From positions 1-64,000 of the IMG/VR virus record IMGVR_UViG_3300008448_000044: 64,000 bases of DNA; one strand, given 5' to 3'. Positions 48,140 through 56,843 of this stretch are shown here, piece after piece. The stretch comes from a virus. Lineage: Duplodnaviria > Caudoviricetes. Position 1 is the stretch's first letter. Each line of letters begins with the position of its first letter. The notes under the pieces are model-generated. The model searched no databases. It saw nothing but the letters and a program-made list of their open reading frames with translations, and was not told where the DNA came from. A program made the translations under genes and the position numbers.

Positions 48140-48757
48140 ATGGATTTGATGTCGACGGAAGTTATAGTGGCGTTTATTACAGGTATTTTAGGTCCTGTTA
48201 TTCTATTGTATGTTAAAAACAGATTAGAAAAAAATAAGAAAAAACCTGACATGGTTAAAGAAACTCTTAGAGTTAGTGAATTGGTAACATCTAAGATTGA
48301 ACACATTAGAGAAGAATTTAATGCTGATAGAGTTTGGGTAACTCAATTCCATAATGGAGGTCATTTTTATCCAACGGGAAGGTCAATGGCGAAATTCAGT
48401 GTTATATATGAAACAGTAGGTGCTAATACCAATTCAATACAAACAAATTTTCAAAACATTCCTGTTAATTTATTTAGTAAATCAATTAATCAATTGTTAG
48501 ATAATGATGTTATTGAGATACCTGACTATAAGGATGAAACTATTGCGACTTATGGTTTAAAATATGTTGCTGAAGACACAGGATGTAAGTCAGGTTATTT
48601 ATTTGCAATCAAAACAATTGATGAAAAGTATATTGGTACTTTAGGTTTAGACTTCACCAAAAGAAAAACAAAATTAGATATGGAATCAATAAATCATTTA
48701 ATGGTTCACGCATCTTCTTTAGGTGGAGTACTAATGACACATTTATCAGGAGAATAA
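48140..48757 (+). CDS. N-terminal TM plus GAF-like domain protein (possible holin)
   Basis: Single TM then ADRVWVTQFHNG...IGTLGLDF; upstream of peptidase gene. Confidence 0.55.
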   Translation: MDLMSTEVIVAFITGILGPVILLYVKNRLEKNKKKPDMVKETLRVSELVTSKIEHIREEFNADRVWVTQFHNGGHFYPTGRSMAKFSVIYETVGANTNSIQTNFQNIPVNLFSKSINQLLDNDVIEIPDYKDETIATYGLKYVAEDTGCKSGYLFAIKTIDEKYIGTLGLDFTKRKTKLDMESINHLMVHASSLGGVLMTHLSGE

Positions 48758-48763
48758 AAAAAA

Positions 48764-49465
48764 ATGAAAAAATATATCCATGAAATAACTGCAGACCAAT
48801 TTAGAGACAGTTTCAAATCTCTTGGTCATAGTGAAAAAGGTTCTGAATTAACATCGGGAGGAGATATTCAGCCTGATTTTTTAAATATAATGGATTCTTT
48901 TGTAAAAGAATGGACCCAAATAGACCAAAATAAAGTTTGTAAATTAACTTTCACATCAGGTAATGACGCTTTCCATAAAGGTATTACAAAATACACAAGT
49001 AGACACACTAAAGGAGAGGCGGTTGACGTGGTGTTACCTCAAAATTGTCATTCATCATTTAAACAACTTTTGAATCAATATAAATCTAGATACAATGGGT
49101 TTAATTATATTGATGAATATACAAACCCAACTTCGATGGCAACAGGAGGACATTTTCACATTTCATATAGAGAAGGTGACCCTGAAGGAAGTTCTAAAAA
49201 TACTCAAAGTACAACTCAAACAACAACAACCGCAAGTACTGTTGCAATAACAGGTTCAACAACCCCATCAAATTCTGCCGTTCCATCTTCTGATGAAGAT
49301 GTTAAAAGAGCTTATGGGTTTATGTCACCATTTTTATCTGGATTAGAACCATTAAAACAACAAATGCAAGATAAAATCAATAAATTAACTCAAAAAGAAT
49401 CGGTAGAAACTAATAAAAAAGTAATAACTGAAATTGAGAGAATTAAAGGTATTATGAAACTATGA
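48764..49465 (+). CDS. peptidase M15-like cell-wall hydrolase
   Basis: TSG.D...SRHTKGEAVD...GHFHIS. Confidence 0.7.
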   Translation: MKKYIHEITADQFRDSFKSLGHSEKGSELTSGGDIQPDFLNIMDSFVKEWTQIDQNKVCKLTFTSGNDAFHKGITKYTSRHTKGEAVDVVLPQNCHSSFKQLLNQYKSRYNGFNYIDEYTNPTSMATGGHFHISYREGDPEGSSKNTQSTTQTTTTASTVAITGSTTPSNSAVPSSDEDVKRAYGFMSPFLSGLEPLKQQMQDKINKLTQKESVETNKKVITEIERIKGIMKL

Positions 49466-50118
49466 AATTTATAAATCCAGCCCCATTGGGTAACATAGAT
49501 AATTTTTTATCGTCTTCTAAAGTAATGGTTATTAATTCTTACCCAAATCAAAGAGTTGTATCACCATTTGCAGGGGTGGTTAGTAATATCAATCCTTTAG
49601 ACCAAACTATAGAAATTGAACACAATGTAAACGGAACAAAATATTACTCCAAAATAAAAGGAGTTGTAAATTTTTATGTTAGTTTAGGGTATAGAGTATT
49701 ACAAGGAGATATTTTAGGGTTTTTTGGAGACAAACCTATTGAGTTTTCTATTACAGATAAATTAGGTTTTAAACAAAATTTAGATTTTTTCTTTCAAGAT
49801 TTTAAAAGTAAGGAACAACCTGATAAAGAAACTAAAGAAAAATCTGAAAAAGAAAAAAAGGAAAAATCTGAAAAAGAAAAAAAGGAAAAATCTGAAAAAG
49901 AAAAAAAGGAAAAGAGTGAGTTAAGTGTTGATTTAGGGCTTTCAACTGACGAAGATATCCCCGCATTATATAGAGGAATGATGAATTTATTTGCAGCGCC
50001 ATTTTCAGTTGTCGGCTCAGCTTTTAAAGGTAATTTGGTTAAAAAAACTAAAAAAGAAGAAAAGGAAGAAAAAATTAATGAGAATGTAAAAAGAATTAAA
50101 AACCTCATTAAATTTTAA
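49462..50118 (+). CDS. degenerate M23-like domain protein with EKSEKEKK repeats
   Basis: SPFAGVV..IEH..VSLGYRVLQGDILG without catalytic His residues. Confidence 0.55.
   Translation: MKFINPAPLGNIDNFLSSSKVMVINSYPNQRVVSPFAGVVSNINPLDQTIEIEHNVNGTKYYSKIKGVVNFYVSLGYRVLQGDILGFFGDKPIEFSITDKLGFKQNLDFFFQDFKSKEQPDKETKEKSEKEKKEKSEKEKKEKSEKEKKEKSELSVDLGLSTDEDIPALYRGMMNLFAAPFSVVGSAFKGNLVKKTKKEEKEEKINENVKRIKNLIKF
49837..49908 (+). repeat. 24-bp tandem repeat x3
   Basis: GAAAAATCTGAAAAAGAAAAAAAG three times, in frame. Confidence 0.9.
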
Positions 50119-50147
50119 AAAAAAACCCTCATTTCTGAGGGTACAAA

Positions 50148-50309
50148 TTATTTTGTTTTTACAGTGTCAACTTTAACAGTATCTACCACAACTATTGTGT
50201 CGGTTAATGTACTGTCAGTTGGTTGAGTTTCAGTTTTAGTCTCGTTAGACCCACATGAACTAATCAAAGCTACTGTTGCAATCAAAAATGCTAATGTTAC
50301 TTTTTTCAT
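50148..50309 (-). CDS. 53-aa lipoprotein (missed by ORF track)
   Basis: Manual translation MKKVTLAFLIATVALISSCGSNETKTETQPTDSTLTDTIVVVDTVKVDTVKTK*. Confidence 0.65.
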   Translation of the reverse strand: MKKVTLAFLIATVALISSCGSNETKTETQPTDSTLTDTIVVVDTVKVDTVKTK

Positions 50310-50492
50310 ATTTATATTGTTTTATTTGACCAATAAATAGGTGAAACTTACCGATAAGTCAAGAAAATACCCCTTTATCATAAAATTTTTTTTAAGTTCT
50401 TGACAGACAAAAAAAAGTTAGTATATTTGTAAAACACTTTTGAAAAAAAGTTCTTTGAATTAACCGAGTATTAACTGTTTAAAAACTCAAAC

Positions 50493-50636
50493 ATGAGTAA
50501 CGAAACACAAGTAATTGACGAACCTTTGTTCTACTACTATGGGAATGATGGTGTGAAGTATTACACTTGTAGTGCCGTTCTTGCAATGGCAAGAGCTAAA
50601 TTTCACGGTACTGACGATGTATACGTAGTATCTTAA
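50493..50636 (+). CDS. 47-aa hypothetical protein (missed by ORF track)
   Basis: MSNETQVIDEPLFYYYGNDGVKYYTCSAVLAMARAKFHGTDDVYVVS*; follows promoter and boxA. Confidence 0.5.
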   Translation: MSNETQVIDEPLFYYYGNDGVKYYTCSAVLAMARAKFHGTDDVYVVS

Positions 50637-50934
50637 AAAAAGTTGAAGAAAAATTTGGAAAATTAAAAAGTTCTTCTTAACTTTGTAAAACAAATCGGAA
50701 ATGTCCGATGAGTTCTTTAAAAAAATTGGTTATAGAAACAGTCTAGGTCCGTAGGGCTACTGTTGTATGTGAGGAAAGTGACTACGGGAATCCTTCGCAT
50801 TTAAAGTGTAAATGAGACATGTTACCGCAACAGTTATAATAACCGAAAAAAAAGTTTGAGAAAAATTTGGAAATTAAAAAAATTGTTCTTAACTTTGTAA
50901 AACAAATCGGAAACGTCCGATAGAGTTCTTTGAA
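50635..50934 (+). repeat. duplicated ~88-bp promoter/boxB/boxA module (50635-50722, 50845-50934)
   Basis: Both copies TTTG...TAACTTTGTAAAACAA-ATCGGAAAYGTCCGAT-..GTTCTTT. Confidence 0.85.
50727..50846 (+). ncRNA. small structured RNA between the duplicated promoters
   Basis: Outer helix TTGGTTAT/ATAACCGA; two hairpins with complementary loop segments CCGTAG/CTACGG. Confidence 0.5.
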
Positions 50935-50935
50935 A

Positions 50936-51800
50936 GATTGAATTATCCATCAGGTGAAAGTACCCCTTCGGGGAGATGATAACCTGTAAAAGATAATCGG
51001 CCGTATATGGTCGTTAAATAAACTACGAAAGTAGGATAAAGTGGAATCACCCGTGTTGATGATTCTGCGGTTTGGGAAACCGAACTCGAGTATACAAGTG
51101 GGATATCACCCGACCTTCAGTACTGAGGGCGACGCTTTAGGGAAAGTGGTTGGGTGACCAAGCAATGTGGATTGTTTGGTTGAGGTGGGAACACCAATAA
51201 GAATAACCCATAGGAATCAAGTGAGAGGTGTAGTTATCCAATTACATAATTGCGGGTTCCAATATGAAAGTGGACTTAAAACCGAAAGGTAAGATAGAGA
51301 ACGAGTGGTGTCGCTACTATCCTTATCAAAGACCCACCAAGGTCTTGGTACGAAGTAAACTTGAAATATGGAGGTGGGGACATCTCACGGAGTAGTTTAG
51401 TATTCAGTTGTTCAAAAGATGACTGAGCTTAGGGTAGACCACTACTTCGATACATCCACGACACAAAACTTATGACTAAAAATTAAGTCCTATTAATTAT
51501 GAAATCTAAGGAAAAGTGTCTACCAGGTTTTGGTGAAAGGTGACTACATAGTAATGAGCCGTTCATTGCACACAAAGACCCCAAGTCCGAGTGTAGTTTT
51601 ACCAAAGACCTCTAATCCCGCAAGGATTAATTGGGGAGGCATCCTCGAAGAGAGTTGAGTAATAAGAGAGTAACCAAGACCTCAAGGAGTGGTAAACCTA
51701 AAAGACCGTCACTGAGAAATACTTCTCAAAAGGAAGTGGATAAGAGTAGAAGCAATAATGACTCGAAAGGTTCTCAAATAAAAGGTATAATCTCAGCCTT
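50936..51800 (+). ncRNA. giant structured ncRNA, GOLLD-like
   Basis: ~870 nt, GC-rich, ORF-free, many GNRA/UUCG hairpins; abuts a tRNA; family call from size, context and recollection only. Confidence 0.6.
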
Positions 51801-51808
51801 AGCCATAT

Positions 51809-51880
51809 AGTGGGATAGAGCAGTGGAAGCTCGCAAGGCTCATAACCTTGAGGTCGAAGGTTCGAATCCTTCTCCCGCAA
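51809..51880 (+). tRNA. tRNA-Met(CAT), initiator-like
   Basis: 1:72 mismatch, A11:U24, CAAGG-CTCATAA-CCTTG arm. Confidence 0.88.
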
Positions 51881-52362
51881 CAAGTGACTCCGATAGGTGT
51901 TCTTTAGAATTGTATCACACCTAACATGAGTTTAAACTGAGAACAAAACAGAACAATCAGGGTTTTATTCGTGATGGTTCAGACTCTTTGTCACACATTT
52001 TTACCCTTAAGGAAAAAAGTAAAGGAAATAAGAGCGCCGCTTGAGTCCTCGACATGACTTTGTCTGGCAATAGACAGAAAACTGTACGACACCTTTTTTT
52101 AAGATGTGGATTTCTGTGATAACCACAAAAATTTTAGTAGGTGTTTAAATATGAAAAAATGATAAAAAACATAGACGTTTAAATTGTACAAACTCGACCA
52201 TACGACAATGGTTACTTTTGTCTCACTAACAAAAGTATCGGGTTGGACTTACCGACAGAGAAAGTTCCACGGTTAAAAGGGAGAAATTGACTAACCACCA
52301 ATATTCTCCCTTTTTTTGTTTATAACAGACAACTTTATAGTGAAATATTCGTATTTATAGTA

Positions 52363-52950
52363 ATGAAGGTAACGATTTTCACTATATTATTTTTTCTTTT
52401 ATCATTACCTGTTTTTAGTCAGTGTAATGGGGCTCAAACTTTTACACTAACCCCAACACCACCTGTTGGTGGATATACTCCTGGTACTGTAGTTAACGTA
52501 TGTTATACCATGAATGGGTATACTCAAACGGGGTCCAATTGGATTGAGGGTTTTGATTTAACTTTAGGTCCTGGATGGACAGGATTAACACCCGTATCTC
52601 CACCCGCAAATTGTGGAGGAGCGGTTTCAGGAGGACAATGGATTTGGATGACATCATGTCCTACACCTGTGGGTCCTATAGGTCCTGGATATTTCTTTGA
52701 TTTAACTATTGATGGTAATCCTGCGAATGACTTTGGGGACAATGGTTCATGTGTATGGACTTTTTGTTTTCAAGTAACAGTATCCACTTTATGTACACCA
52801 CAAAATTTATTAATACAAGTTACACCTGGTTCAGATGGGTTATGGGGAAGTTGGAATAGTACTTCGTGTGATTTGGCGACACCATTTAATATTTACAACG
52901 GAACAAGCAACCCTACACCACCAATTGTTGGACCTATAAGTCATAACTAA
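52363..52950 (+). CDS. secreted Cys/Gly/Pro-rich protein
   Basis: Signal peptide ending FSQ; C-terminus PPIVGPISHN. Confidence 0.75.
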   Translation: MKVTIFTILFFLLSLPVFSQCNGAQTFTLTPTPPVGGYTPGTVVNVCYTMNGYTQTGSNWIEGFDLTLGPGWTGLTPVSPPANCGGAVSGGQWIWMTSCPTPVGPIGPGYFFDLTIDGNPANDFGDNGSCVWTFCFQVTVSTLCTPQNLLIQVTPGSDGLWGSWNSTSCDLATPFNIYNGTSNPTPPIVGPISHN

Positions 52951-52968
52951 AATATAAAAAAGAAAAAA

Positions 52969-53535
52969 ATGAAAAAATTTCTCACAATACTACTAATGTT
53001 AATTTCCATGATAAGTTATGGTCAATTAACAACAACTAATCCCGACACTGTATGTATCAATACTTCAGGGTCAATTTACCAAGTCCCTTCTTTGGGAGTG
53101 GGATACACTTATACTTGGACTGTTTTAGCACCAGGTGTTATTACGAGTGGAGCGGGTACAAATAGTATAAATGTCAATTGGTCTGCCGCAGGTCCTGGGT
53201 TGATTACAAATGCAGTTACTGTAACCGCTACAGGTCCTGGAGGTTGTGTAAGTACTCCTGTAAATTTAAATGTTTTTATTTTACAGATTAACCCAACAAT
53301 AACATCAATAGGTCCGTTTTGCTCTAACGACCCTTGTGTTAATTTAGTTGGAACACCTGCTGGAGGTACATGGTCAGGAACAGGTGTTGTTGGTAATCAA
53401 TTTTGTCCAACTACAAGTGGTGTCGGTACATTTAACATAACTTACACGGTAACACAAAACGGTTGTACATTTACAACTACCACTTCAGTAACGGTTAATC
53501 CAATTCCTGTTTTATCCCCAATACAACACAATTAA
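52969..53535 (+). CDS. secreted PKD/Ig-like (SprB-type) repeat protein
   Basis: Signal peptide; YTWTV..G.ITSGAGTNSI.V.W and GGTWSGTGV repeats; C-terminus PVLSPIQHN. Confidence 0.75.
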   Translation: MKKFLTILLMLISMISYGQLTTTNPDTVCINTSGSIYQVPSLGVGYTYTWTVLAPGVITSGAGTNSINVNWSAAGPGLITNAVTVTATGPGGCVSTPVNLNVFILQINPTITSIGPFCSNDPCVNLVGTPAGGTWSGTGVVGNQFCPTTSGVGTFNITYTVTQNGCTFTTTTSVTVNPIPVLSPIQHN

Positions 53536-53537
53536 GT

Positions 53538-54101
53538 ATGAAGAAACTATTTCTTATATTATCATTGGTATGTTCATCAAGTCTGTTCTCTCAACAAACT
53601 ATTGAGAAATGTGAGGATAATGATTTAACTTTTACTTATAGTACTCAATCTACAGTATCAGGTTTAATATCTTGGTCTTTAGACAGTCAAATTTTTACAA
53701 CAACTAGTTTGACAGTAAATTGGAGTAATTACTCTATCGGGTCATACCAACTAAGTGCGATACAAGGAGAGGATTTATGTCCCTCAAATATGGTATACTA
53801 TACTGTAAATTTAGTTGAATGTCCTAACACCACAATGTGGGCTCCAAATACTTTTACACCTGATGGTGATGAAATTAATAATGTATGGAAACCACAAGGT
53901 TACAATTACTTTGATGAGCATTTTTTTATAGTAAACCGATGGGGTCAGATTATTTTTGAGTCCTACAATTTGGATTACGGATGGGATGGAACTTACAATG
54001 GTAAAATGTGTCAAGATGGTGTTTATGTTTATTGTTTACAATGGAAAGATGTAGATAATAGATTCCATCAAACCTACGGACATATAACACTATTAAAATA
54101 A
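53538..54101 (+). CDS. protein with T9SS type-B C-terminal sorting domain (gliding-motility-associated CTD)
   Basis: PNTFTPDGDEINNVW, IVNRWGQIIFES, WDGTYNG, DGVYVY, GHITLLK. Confidence 0.88.
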   Translation: MKKLFLILSLVCSSSLFSQQTIEKCEDNDLTFTYSTQSTVSGLISWSLDSQIFTTTSLTVNWSNYSIGSYQLSAIQGEDLCPSNMVYYTVNLVECPNTTMWAPNTFTPDGDEINNVWKPQGYNYFDEHFFIVNRWGQIIFESYNLDYGWDGTYNGKMCQDGVYVYCLQWKDVDNRFHQTYGHITLLK

Positions 54102-54131
54102 AAAAACCCACCGATTGGTGGGTTTTTAATT

Positions 54132-54522
54132 TGGTGGAGGTATTGGGACTCGAACCCAAGTCCTGTTCACATTACCCATTAAGGACTACACGCTTAGGTT
54201 AACATTTTCTAATGTTCCAAAAATAGTTGATTTGTTCTTCACCATCGTAAATCAACAAACAATGGTTACCATTCGATTTAGGGTTCAATAGTAATCCACC
54301 ACAACTACGACTTCTGTTGCAAGGTTATATGTCTGCCGACCCCTTTAGTAACCTAATTCAATTAGGCTACTGCTACGCTTTCCTCAGTACGGATAAGACC
54401 TACCGCAGAAAGTTTGTTGATAACGTTGCCGTTTATCGTTTTTGAACCATTTTGACAGGGTTAGTTCGTCCCTGACGTGCCCCGAATGACTATCTATGCC
54501 AGTCAATTCCAGAGTTACCCCC
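54132..54522 (-). ncRNA. ssrA: tmRNA
   Basis: 5' GGGGGTA..GGAATTGAC, 3' GGTTCGAGTCCC..TACCTCCACCA, G3:U70; tag ORF (A)GNVINKLSAVGLIRTEESVAVA* at 54430-54362. Confidence 0.93.
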
Positions 54523-54603
54523 ATATGTTAAAGAACTTTTGTTTTACAAATATACGAATAAAAAGATTAATACCAAATCTTTCGTGTATTTATTTGTATA
54601 AAT

Positions 54604-55992
54604 ATGTCCGAAAAAGAAGAATTAAAAAACGAAGCCTACGAAGGTAGTAAAATCTTGTATGAAGATGATGAGGTTATTTTCCTAAAATGTCTTTCATATG
54701 AATCTGCGAAATACTTCGGCCCTCCATTTCTATGGAAAAAATGGGGTACTCACAAATACGGTGATACTTTTATAGTAGTTGATAAAAAAGGTAATCAATG
54801 GTTACCAACAAAATCATATGTAATCAGTGTTGGAGAATATGGGGTACATTATTTAGATGACGAGGACCAAGAAATAAAATCTTCAGAGTTGTTTAATCAA
54901 TTCCCTCAGATTGAGAATATTGTTTACAAAACAATACCCGTTCAAAATATATACCAATTACTAAAAAAAATACAAAGCGGTGAAAAATATCCTGAACACA
55001 CATTAGGTAGATATGATGATTTAATAGGGGGATTTAAATTTAATGAAAAATCACCTGGTAAAAGTATGGTTAAATTAACTTTTGATGATAATGAAGATTA
55101 TTTTAAACTTTTTGATTTAGGTGAACATGATATATGGTTTTTAAGAAATTTATATTCTTATTATGGGAGCTATGAAATGGGATTTTATCATTCTGACTAT
55201 GCGTATCAAGATTGGAATGAGGGGTATCTAATTTACGACATAAATGGTGAAGCAAGAGAAAAATTGTTTGAGTTAGTTTCTTATTTTATACCTAATGTAA
55301 AAGACCTTAATGATGAAACCGCTCAAAAAATTTCTAAATTATTAATGGATACATTTCCAAGATTAACGGAAAATATAGTTGACGACTTTCAATCTGAAAA
55401 GGAACAGTGTATGTCAAGAACTGCAGAAAAAGAAATAACAAATGAGTTATCAAATCCATTTGTTAATTACGGTATATTTGAAAAAAATACTTTCCACAGT
55501 TATGTTACTACCGTTAATGTTTTATTATCACTTTATAAACTTTATAAAGATACTGATTTAACTTTACAAGAATTGTTATCCAAGTTAGGACACGAATTAA
55601 ATGTTGGACCTTATGAAGAATATATGTATGAGTATGGATGTGACGATTTTGATACTGAATCCTTTAATAATTACGCACTATCTCAGATTGAAAAAATGAT
55701 AGAAGAGGTAGAAAGTAGTGACAGATTCTCAAACCTAGATGAATTTAAATATGTTAATCTTGAAGTTAGGAAACGTTATGATTTTGATAAATGGTATCCT
55801 ACACCAAAAGACAAAGACCTTAAATTTAACATTCGTTCAATTGACCCTAAAACAAATAAGATAAATATTGTAACTCAAAGACAATTTGAATCTACAAAAA
55901 ATAGAAGTTTAACTCTTGATGAATTTAATTCTTTTTTATATAATTTTGAATTATTTGAAAGAAAAGTTTTGAAATCTCGGAAAAAGTTGTAA
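54604..55992 (+). CDS. large hypothetical protein
   Basis: 462-aa ORF. Confidence 0.7.
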   Translation: MSEKEELKNEAYEGSKILYEDDEVIFLKCLSYESAKYFGPPFLWKKWGTHKYGDTFIVVDKKGNQWLPTKSYVISVGEYGVHYLDDEDQEIKSSELFNQFPQIENIVYKTIPVQNIYQLLKKIQSGEKYPEHTLGRYDDLIGGFKFNEKSPGKSMVKLTFDDNEDYFKLFDLGEHDIWFLRNLYSYYGSYEMGFYHSDYAYQDWNEGYLIYDINGEAREKLFELVSYFIPNVKDLNDETAQKISKLLMDTFPRLTENIVDDFQSEKEQCMSRTAEKEITNELSNPFVNYGIFEKNTFHSYVTTVNVLLSLYKLYKDTDLTLQELLSKLGHELNVGPYEEYMYEYGCDDFDTESFNNYALSQIEKMIEEVESSDRFSNLDEFKYVNLEVRKRYDFDKWYPTPKDKDLKFNIRSIDPKTNKINIVTQRQFESTKNRSLTLDEFNSFLYNFELFERKVLKSRKKL

Positions 55993-56001
55993 CTTTGTAT
56001 C

Positions 56002-56829
56002 ATGCAAAGAGATTACACACTTTTAAAAAATGTCCTATCAATCCCTAGTAAAACTTACAAAGAGGATATGATGGTTGAATTTATAACAAATTGGTTGACT
56101 GAAAACAATATACCGTTTGAAGTTGATGATATGTTCAACATCTATGCAACAAAACAAACTGACCCAAATATCGAATATTTCCCTTGTGTTGTGTCCCATA
56201 CAGATACTGTACACGAATTAGACTCAATAAACATTAGAGAAGAAAATTTACCCAACGAACAAAAAGTCCTAAAACCTTCATTGAAGGCGTATAATGATAA
56301 AGGGTTACCTACAGGAATTGGTGGTGACGACAAATGTGGGATTTACGCCTGTCTTGAATTACTAAAGGAATTACCAAATCTGAAAGCCGCGTTTTTTGTA
56401 TCAGAAGAAACAGGTTGTCATGGTTCAAGAAACGCGGATTCAAATTTCTTTATTAATGTTGGTTATGCAATTCAGTTTGACGCTCCTGGAAATTCTATGG
56501 TTTCGGAATACTGCATGGGGACAAAATTATTTGATAGAAATAGTGAATTTTTTAAATCTTGTGATGAGGTTTTAACCGAAAATTTTGATAATAGAAACAA
56601 ATATCAATCTCACCCATATACTGATGTTTATGCACTAAAACAAAAATTTGATTTTTCTTGTATTAATTTTGCAATTGGTTATTACAATTATCACACAAGA
56701 GAAGAGTATGTTGTTGTTGAGGATGTTTATAATGGTATTTTAACAGGAAAAAAAATGATTGAAAAATTGGGTTATAGTAAACACGGATATATTGAACCCA
56801 AAGGAAATCAATATCGAATGTTCATGTAA
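56002..56829 (+). CDS. M20/M28-family zinc peptidase
   Basis: SHTDTVH, GGDDKCG, SEETG, FD, HT motifs. Confidence 0.85.
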   Translation: MQRDYTLLKNVLSIPSKTYKEDMMVEFITNWLTENNIPFEVDDMFNIYATKQTDPNIEYFPCVVSHTDTVHELDSINIREENLPNEQKVLKPSLKAYNDKGLPTGIGGDDKCGIYACLELLKELPNLKAAFFVSEETGCHGSRNADSNFFINVGYAIQFDAPGNSMVSEYCMGTKLFDRNSEFFKSCDEVLTENFDNRNKYQSHPYTDVYALKQKFDFSCINFAIGYYNYHTREEYVVVEDVYNGILTGKKMIEKLGYSKHGYIEPKGNQYRMFM

Positions 56830-56843
56830 TAAAAAAGGGGAAA

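Noticed and set aside
50768-50795. GAGGAAAGT resembling RNase P RNA P4
   Set aside because: Continues GACT rather than CC, and no matching 3' P4 strand was found.
50635-50934. Direct repeats as a CRISPR array
   Set aside because: Only two ~88-bp copies, explained as promoter/boxA modules; no cas genes in the window.
50936-51800. rRNA or self-splicing intron
   Set aside because: No universal 16S/23S signatures, no interrupted gene and no recognisable group I/II core; not formally excluded without cmscan.
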